From: Planctomycetota bacterium
Lineage (GTDB): Bacteria; Planctomycetota; UBA11346
DNA: 64,000 nt
Reading direction: 5' to 3'
NCBI GenBank assembly: GCA_014193115.1
Contig: BJHQ01000003.1
Span: 2,768-66,767 of the forward strand
The notes beneath the pieces were generated by a model. The model did no database searches. It was not told where the DNA came from and worked only from the letters and a program-made list of their open reading frames with translations. This document shows positions 59,181 to 64,000 of the stretch, in pieces (the first letter of the stretch is position 1; each line of letters opens with the position of its first letter). Made by a program: the position numbers and the translations under genes.

Positions 59181-59675
59181 GGGGCCCCGTCGCGCGAGCG
59201 ATGGGGCGGGCGCCGAGGGACGGTGGGCGGATAAAATGGGCGCAGCCCATCCGCCCACTTTTCCGGCTGCGCAGCAGTCGAAAAAGAGTCCCGACAAAGC
59301 CCGGGGGTAGGCCCGCAGGGCCGTAGGGGCGAAGCCCCTGGTGAAGGGGCCCCGTCGCGCGAGCGATGGGGCGGGCGCCGAGGGACGGTGGGCGGATAAA
59401 ATGGGCGCAGCCCATCCGCCCACTTTTCCGGCTGCGCAGCAGTCGAAAAAGAGTCGCGACAAAGCCCGGGGGTAGGCCCGTAGGGCCGTAGGGGCGAAGC
59501 CCCTGGTGAAGGGGCCCCGTCGCGCGAGCGATGGGGCGGGCGCCGAGGGACGGTGGGCGGATACAATGGGCGCAGCCCATCCGCCCACTTTTCCGGCTGC
59601 GCAGCAGTCGAAAAAGAGTCGCGACAAAGCCCGGGGGTAGGCCCGTAGGGCCGTAGGGGCGAGGCCCCTGGGTAA
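59181..59675. repeat. three tandem copies of a 165-bp hairpin-rich element (about 98% identical)
   Basis: Copies lie at 59181-59345, 59346-59510 and 59511-59675. Each unit carries CCCCGTCGC-GCGA-GCGATGGGG (GNRA tetraloop), the nested GTGGGCGGAT...ATGGGCGCAGCCCAT...ATCCGCCCAC, the palindromes GCTGCGCAGC and GTCGCGAC, and the hairpins GGCCCGTAGGGCC and GGGGCGAAGCCCC. Confidence 0.9.
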
Positions 59676-59680
59676 AAAGC

Positions 59681-62152
59681 TCATGGCAGCGTCACGATCA
59701 CGGGCCGGGTGTAGACCTCGGCGTCGCCGACGTCGGGCTTGAAGGTGATCGTGGCGGTTCCGGCGTAGTCACCGCTCGGGACTTTGCGCGGACGCAGCAC
59801 GTCGATCTTGATCGTCCCCGAGCTGCCGACTTCGAGCCGGTTCGGGGTGGCGGTGGCGCGCAGGTCGTAGGCCGCGGTCAGGACCTCGCCCTCAGGGCCG
59901 ACCAGGTCCGAGACCTTGACCTTCCACTCGCCGCTGATGCCGCTGTCGAGGGCGATCGGCACGGTCTTGGCAAGCCAGGCGTTTTCCTGCCAGGCGCCGG
60001 GCTTGGGTTCGGCGATCTTGATCGTGCCGCTGGCCTCGCCGCCGCCGTCACCGGTGGTGGCATCGCCATCGCCCAGGCGCAGCTTGGTCTTGGAGCGGAC
60101 ATGCTGATAGACCACCGGCACTGATCGCGGCGGCAGCTCGCCGAAACGGAGCTCGGCGGTGCCGCGGTATTCGCCGGGAGCGGTCGCGATCGGCACTGCG
60201 CCGACCACTTTGCCGCTGCTATCATAGGTGAAACTCAACGTGCCCGGGCCTTGCACGGTCAGCGAACCGGGTTGCAGGGCCTGGGCCGGCAGATCGCGGT
60301 GGCCGGGGCTGGACGCGGCCAGGGTCGGCTCGTCGGTATTGGGTTTCAATCGGCGTTCGGCGCCGTCGAACGGATAATTGAGCGCGGTGATCGCCGACGT
60401 GCGCAGCGGCTCGTCGGGTTTGGCCGGAGCCGGCGGCGGTGGCGTGCCGGCCGGCCGCGGCGTCGAGGCGGTGGCGGTGTGGCGACCGGCGATCTCGCTG
60501 CGGAAACGCACCGCCAAGGTGCCCTGGCCGGGAACGGTGAGCGGTTGCGGAAAGCTGAATCCGCCCTGGGCGGGAAAACTGAGGGTGCCGGCGGGACCGC
60601 TGGCGGCGACCGCCACTGTGCCGCTGGTCTCCAGGTTCACCCAGGTCGGCGGCAGCTGATAGGCATCAGCGCCCCAGGCCAGGGCCACCGGTTCGAGTTT
60701 CGGCGGCGGTGGCGGCGGCGCCTTCAGCTGCGGATCAACGACGAAGGTGTCCTGCTTGGTCAGCACCGCCTGGCCGCCATAGGTCAGCCGATACGTGACC
60801 CGCAGCTGGTGTGGCCGGCTGCGATCGGTGTTGGCCGCCAAGGCGGTCGCCCACGGCGCCGAATAGCGGGGCAGATCACTGGGTTTGTCGGTACGCGGCA
60901 GATTGGCGCGGTGCAGCGGCTGGCCGCCGGCGGTGTCGTCGGTGATGGTGCAGTCGACCTGGGTGCGGTCGGCGAAACGGCGCAGAGCGTCGAGCTGGTA
61001 ACCGATCCCGCTGACCTCGACCCCGGGCTGGACCACGGCACCCTCGGCCACCGGCGACGGGATGGCGATGGGCGTGGCGCGGATGCCGAGCTGCATCGCC
61101 ACATAGATGTTGCGCGGAACCCCATCGAACTGTGGCCGCCACGAGCCTGGCGGCGGTTCGCCCACCGACACGCATTCCACGTTGGTCCGGCTGCGCTCGG
61201 CATCCTCGGCCTTGGGATAGCGGTAGACCAGGGCGCCGCCGATGGCATCGATGCCGCCATCCACCGGCAGAGCGGTGATCCGGCCACGGCGGCTGCGCTG
61301 GTCGTTCTTGACCACCGCCACGGTCAGCCGAGCGCCGCCCGGCGGCACGTCGAAGGCGTCGCCAGGCTGGAAGCGGCTGGTGTCATAGACGAAGACGTCG
61401 TTTTCATCGGCCAGGATGGCGAAGAACCGGTCGACCAGCTGGTCGGCGCTGGTTACCTCGATGTGCCGGCCGCGGGTGATGGCGGCGATCTCGCCCAGGG
61501 TCGGCTTCGACGCCTTGCCCTCGGGGTTTAGGCGCAGGCAGTCGAGCACCCAGCCGCGATCAGCGAACCGCCGGGCCTGGTCGAGGCTGTCCCGGGGCTC
61601 GTCGCTGGGATCGCCGTCGGTGAAGAACAGCACCCGGGTGCCGGCCGGGGCGCGGACCCGGTCGAGCTCGCCATAAGCGGCGGCCAAAGCCCGGGCGTAG
61701 TTCGTGGCCCAGCCGTCGAAGGTCAGCTTGTCGTCGATGATCTCACGGGCGGCGACCCGATCGCCGATGGTCGCGAGCGGCCGGGTCGGCATGTGGACCT
61801 CGCCGTTGCGGCCGAAGCCGACGACCGCCACCGGCTTGCCGTCGCGCATGGTGCCGATCGCCAACTGCACGCCATCGACGGTGTAGCGCTTGGGATCGTT
61901 CTCGCGCATCGATCCGGATTGATCAACGATCATCAGCAGCGGCCGCTCCGACACGTCCACCGCAGTCAGGGCAGCGGCGAGCAGGAGGGATCCGCCGAGC
62001 CGCCAAGCCGCCAAGGAGTTCAGGCCCATCGTCGCGCCGCCCACCGGAGCGCCGACCTGCCGGCCCGCACCCAGTCCGACCATCGTTGTCCCGGAAGCCT
62101 TTGCGCCCTGGAGCCTTGGCGTTTCCACAGCGGGGCGAATGTGCGGTTCCAT
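59681..62152 (-). CDS. secreted von Willebrand factor A (vWA) domain protein with a large beta-rich C-terminal region
   Basis: Signal/TM MGLNSLAAWRLGGSLLLAAAL. MIDAS motif LLMIVDQSGSMREND plus VLFFTDGDPSD. Start chosen at MEPHIRP, 12 nt after the upstream stop. The ORF is open to 62188. Confidence 0.7.
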   Translation of the reverse strand: MEPHIRPAVETPRLQGAKASGTTMVGLGAGRQVGAPVGGATMGLNSLAAWRLGGSLLLAAALTAVDVSERPLLMIVDQSGSMRENDPKRYTVDGVQLAIGTMRDGKPVAVVGFGRNGEVHMPTRPLATIGDRVAAREIIDDKLTFDGWATNYARALAAAYGELDRVRAPAGTRVLFFTDGDPSDEPRDSLDQARRFADRGWVLDCLRLNPEGKASKPTLGEIAAITRGRHIEVTSADQLVDRFFAILADENDVFVYDTSRFQPGDAFDVPPGGARLTVAVVKNDQRSRRGRITALPVDGGIDAIGGALVYRYPKAEDAERSRTNVECVSVGEPPPGSWRPQFDGVPRNIYVAMQLGIRATPIAIPSPVAEGAVVQPGVEVSGIGYQLDALRRFADRTQVDCTITDDTAGGQPLHRANLPRTDKPSDLPRYSAPWATALAANTDRSRPHQLRVTYRLTYGGQAVLTKQDTFVVDPQLKAPPPPPPKLEPVALAWGADAYQLPPTWVNLETSGTVAVAASGPAGTLSFPAQGGFSFPQPLTVPGQGTLAVRFRSEIAGRHTATASTPRPAGTPPPPAPAKPDEPLRTSAITALNYPFDGAERRLKPNTDEPTLAASSPGHRDLPAQALQPGSLTVQGPGTLSFTYDSSGKVVGAVPIATAPGEYRGTAELRFGELPPRSVPVVYQHVRSKTKLRLGDGDATTGDGGGEASGTIKIAEPKPGAWQENAWLAKTVPIALDSGISGEWKVKVSDLVGPEGEVLTAAYDLRATATPNRLEVGSSGTIKIDVLRPRKVPSGDYAGTATITFKPDVGDAEVYTRPVIVTLP

Positions 62153-62163
62153 ACGATCTCCGG

Positions 62164-63213
62164 TCAGGCGGCGGTGATGACGATGCATTTTTGGATGGGC
62201 AGGCCAGTCTGGTCGGCCAGACCGAGCTGACGCAGGCCGATCACGGTCCCGGCCGGCGCGCCGGCGCCGGGGCGCTCCACCCGATCGAAGCGCTTGGGGT
62301 CGTGGCGCTCAGGGTCGAAGCGCTCGCCCGCGGGAATGAGCAGCGGGCGCAGGCCGGCTTCGCGCAACCGGTCGAGGACCGTCTTCGCCGCTGGTGTGTC
62401 TGCGCGCTCGGCATGTCGAGTGTGCAGGTTCAGCACCGCCCGCAGATCAATGGCGGCCGGCAGCAGGCACAGCTCGACGCCCCGGGCGAGGTCGTCGCGC
62501 AGCGGTTTGCGCCATTGGGTGGCGAGGGCGGCGTACAGTTCCTCCAGCAGTCCCCAGGCGGCGATCCGCTCTGGCGATGGCGCGGGGTCGGGCAGCACCG
62601 CCTGGCCGGCGCGGACCACCGTGCCGCCCGCATCGACCAGGCCGGTGGTCACCACCACGGCCCGGGCCACCGGCAGGCGCATCGGTTGGGCCGGCGGTGT
62701 TTCGACCGGATCCACCAGCCGGAACGGCGCGAGCAGCGGAATAAGATCGCGGCGGATCTCGGCCAGGGCGGCGTGCAGCCGGGCATAGGCCGCGCCCAGG
62801 TAAAAACCGCCCAATTTATCGCAGAATGCCAACACATCGCCGGCCCGCTGGGCGAGAGCCGGACCAGCCGCGACCAGCACCGGCCGGGCCTTGGTCAAGA
62901 AGGCGGATTCCGCCGGATCAACCTGGGGACCGGATTCCGCCAAGGTTTTCGCAAGCAGTTCGAGGTGATCGCAGAGCACCGCCAGCGGCGAAGAAGTGGC
63001 AGGAGGCGCGGCTGGTGCCACGGGCGGCTCGCCAGCGGAAAGGATTGGGACCACGGCCGGGACGTGTGCAGCCGCAACGGGAGCTGGCGGGATTTCCCGT
63101 TGTTCCAGTGCGGCACGCAATTCCTGCGCGAGCGCCGCGACCTCGTCCAACGCGGTGCGGGCGCGAGCGAGGGCTGCGTCGTGGCGGGCGAGGAGATGGG
63201 CCAGGTCAGGCAT
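62164..63213 (-). CDS. GrpE-domain protein (long N-terminal coiled coil plus GrpE-like C-terminal beta domain)
   Basis: C-terminal GERFDPERHDPKRFDRVE...GTVIGLRQLGL...IQKCIVIT matches the GrpE signature region (GEPFDPNLHEA...V.V). Confidence 0.55.
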   Translation of the reverse strand: MPDLAHLLARHDAALARARTALDEVAALAQELRAALEQREIPPAPVAAAHVPAVVPILSAGEPPVAPAAPPATSSPLAVLCDHLELLAKTLAESGPQVDPAESAFLTKARPVLVAAGPALAQRAGDVLAFCDKLGGFYLGAAYARLHAALAEIRRDLIPLLAPFRLVDPVETPPAQPMRLPVARAVVVTTGLVDAGGTVVRAGQAVLPDPAPSPERIAAWGLLEELYAALATQWRKPLRDDLARGVELCLLPAAIDLRAVLNLHTRHAERADTPAAKTVLDRLREAGLRPLLIPAGERFDPERHDPKRFDRVERPGAGAPAGTVIGLRQLGLADQTGLPIQKCIVITAA

Positions 63214-63227
63214 GGATCAGCGCGTCA

Positions 63228-63496
63228 GCGTTCCTGGGAGCGCCGAGCGCCAGCTCGGCCCGCATGTGATTGTGCGAGATGGATCCACTTCCAGGCGAGC
63301 TGGGGCTCGCCTCTCCCAGCCAAATCCCTCCAAACTCCAGCCGAGAGGCGTTCGGCGCTCCCGGGCAAGTCCAACCAAATCCAGCTCCAGCCGAGCAGGC
63401 GCTCGGCGCTCCCAGCAAACTCCAGCCGAGCAGGCGCTCGGCGCTCCCAGGCAAGTCCAATCCAACGCAAGGAGAGCTGGGGCTCGCCTCTCCCAG
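63228..63496. promoter_or_regulatory. repeat array in the promoter region of the GrpE-domain operon
   Basis: Three direct copies of about 38 bp containing GGCG(C/T)TCGGCGCTCCC at 63344-63458, plus an inverted copy GGGAGCGCCGAGCGCC at 63236-63251, 23 nt upstream of the ATG. The array is bracketed by two copies of G(C/A)GAGCTGGGGCTCGCCTCTCCCAG. Confidence 0.6.
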
Positions 63497-63670
63497 TTAA
63501 ATCGATCCGCTGGTGCGTGGACCCCGCGAAGGGGTCCCCCAAGCGTAGCGAGAGGGGGTGGAGCAGGCGCCGCCTTCTGGCGGCAGCAGGCCAAAGGCCT
63601 GCGACCTTCGCAGCGCGGAGCGCAGCGGAGCTGGAGCAGGGCCGAAGGCCCGTGGGGGGGAACCCCCATG

Positions 63671-64000
63671 CTAATGCACTCCGCCAAAAGGATTTTCGGC
63701 GTCAGGGACCGATTCCGCGCTGGCCTTGAGGCGGTGCCAGGTGGTGCCGTCGGCGCGGACCGCGGCCAGTTCGCGGTTCTTGTCCATCACCAGGACCAGG
63801 GCGAAGGCTCCGGCCAGGGCCTCCAGATGGACCTGGATTTCCTGGGTGAACTGGCCGGACCAGGGTTCGGCCTCGGGCTTGGCCAGGTCGAACCAGCCGA
63901 GGGTGGTCGGCTGGACTTCGGCCATCGGCCCGGCGCTGGCCGGATCGAGTCCGAGCAGGTGGTCGTGGTAATAGGCGAACAGCGACAGCTCGGTGGCCTT
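63671..64000 (-). CDS. hypothetical protein, C-terminal part (the N-terminus lies beyond the window)
   Basis: Open frame with high GC3 running to the window edge. No recognisable motif. Confidence 0.4.
   Translation of the reverse strand, partial: KATELSLFAYYHDHLLGLDPASAGPMAEVQPTTLGWFDLAKPEAEPWSGQFTQEIQVHLEALAGAFALVLVMDKNRELAAVRADGTTWHRLKASAESVPDAENPFGGVH

Noticed and set aside
59181-59675. Possible CRISPR array.
   Set aside because: The 165-bp units abut directly with no unique spacers and are far longer than CRISPR repeats. No cas genes are present in the window.
56922-59684. The ORF track gives a 920-aa protein whose first about 190 residues (LAPTALRAYPRALSRLFFDCCAAGKVGGW..., repeated three times) look like an N-terminal repeat domain.
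   Set aside because: That segment is the translation of the 165-bp tandem DNA repeats. All three minus-strand frames are open across it, which is a GC artefact. A convincing signal peptide and start (MSTWRGLLLLAMLFAAAF) occur right after the repeats at 59105.
60251-61531. A 426-aa plus-strand ORF.
   Set aside because: It is antisense to the vWA-domain gene. It is a Gly/Arg-rich GC shadow with no domain.

Overview
This 64 kb window is a high-GC (about 68-70%) bacterial chromosomal segment, densely coding on both strands, with about 70 supportable genes. The phylum is not determinable from sequence alone.

Housekeeping content: dnaN with a downstream CCA/poly(A)-polymerase family gene, glyA preceded by a ZTP (pfl-type) riboswitch, purH, purE-purK, clpS, rpmA, leuA, a standalone ACP, hemH, and parA-parB with two parS-like palindromes.

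Regulatory content: an NtrC-family sigma-54 activator sitting among sigma-54 promoter-like sites and general-stress-type genes (BON lipoprotein, DUF1269, GsP26 PNPOx, ElaB/DUF883, PA2169-like, UPF0391); five sensor kinases or response regulators; two adjacent AraC plus PhyH-dioxygenase modules.

Accessory-looking content:
- A low-GC islet encoding a polynucleotide-kinase-like P-loop kinase overlapping a Thg1-like 3'-5' nucleotidyltransferase, which reads as a candidate RNA 5'-end repair cassette.
- A translationally coupled DUF3592-membrane / beta-sandwich / P-loop ATPase triad.
- A roughly 11.5 kb minus-strand operon at 51.7-63.2 kb (GrpE-domain protein, secreted vWA protein, a giant secreted protein, a FimV-like TM/TPR protein with a His-rich tail, an STN/TPR protein). 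It is interrupted by three near-identical 165-bp hairpin-rich tandem repeats and preceded by an array of repeated operator-like motifs.
- A family of about 80-bp REP-like palindromic elements in four copies, plus several short tandem repeats.

No CRISPR array, rRNA, tRNA or transposase was recognised.
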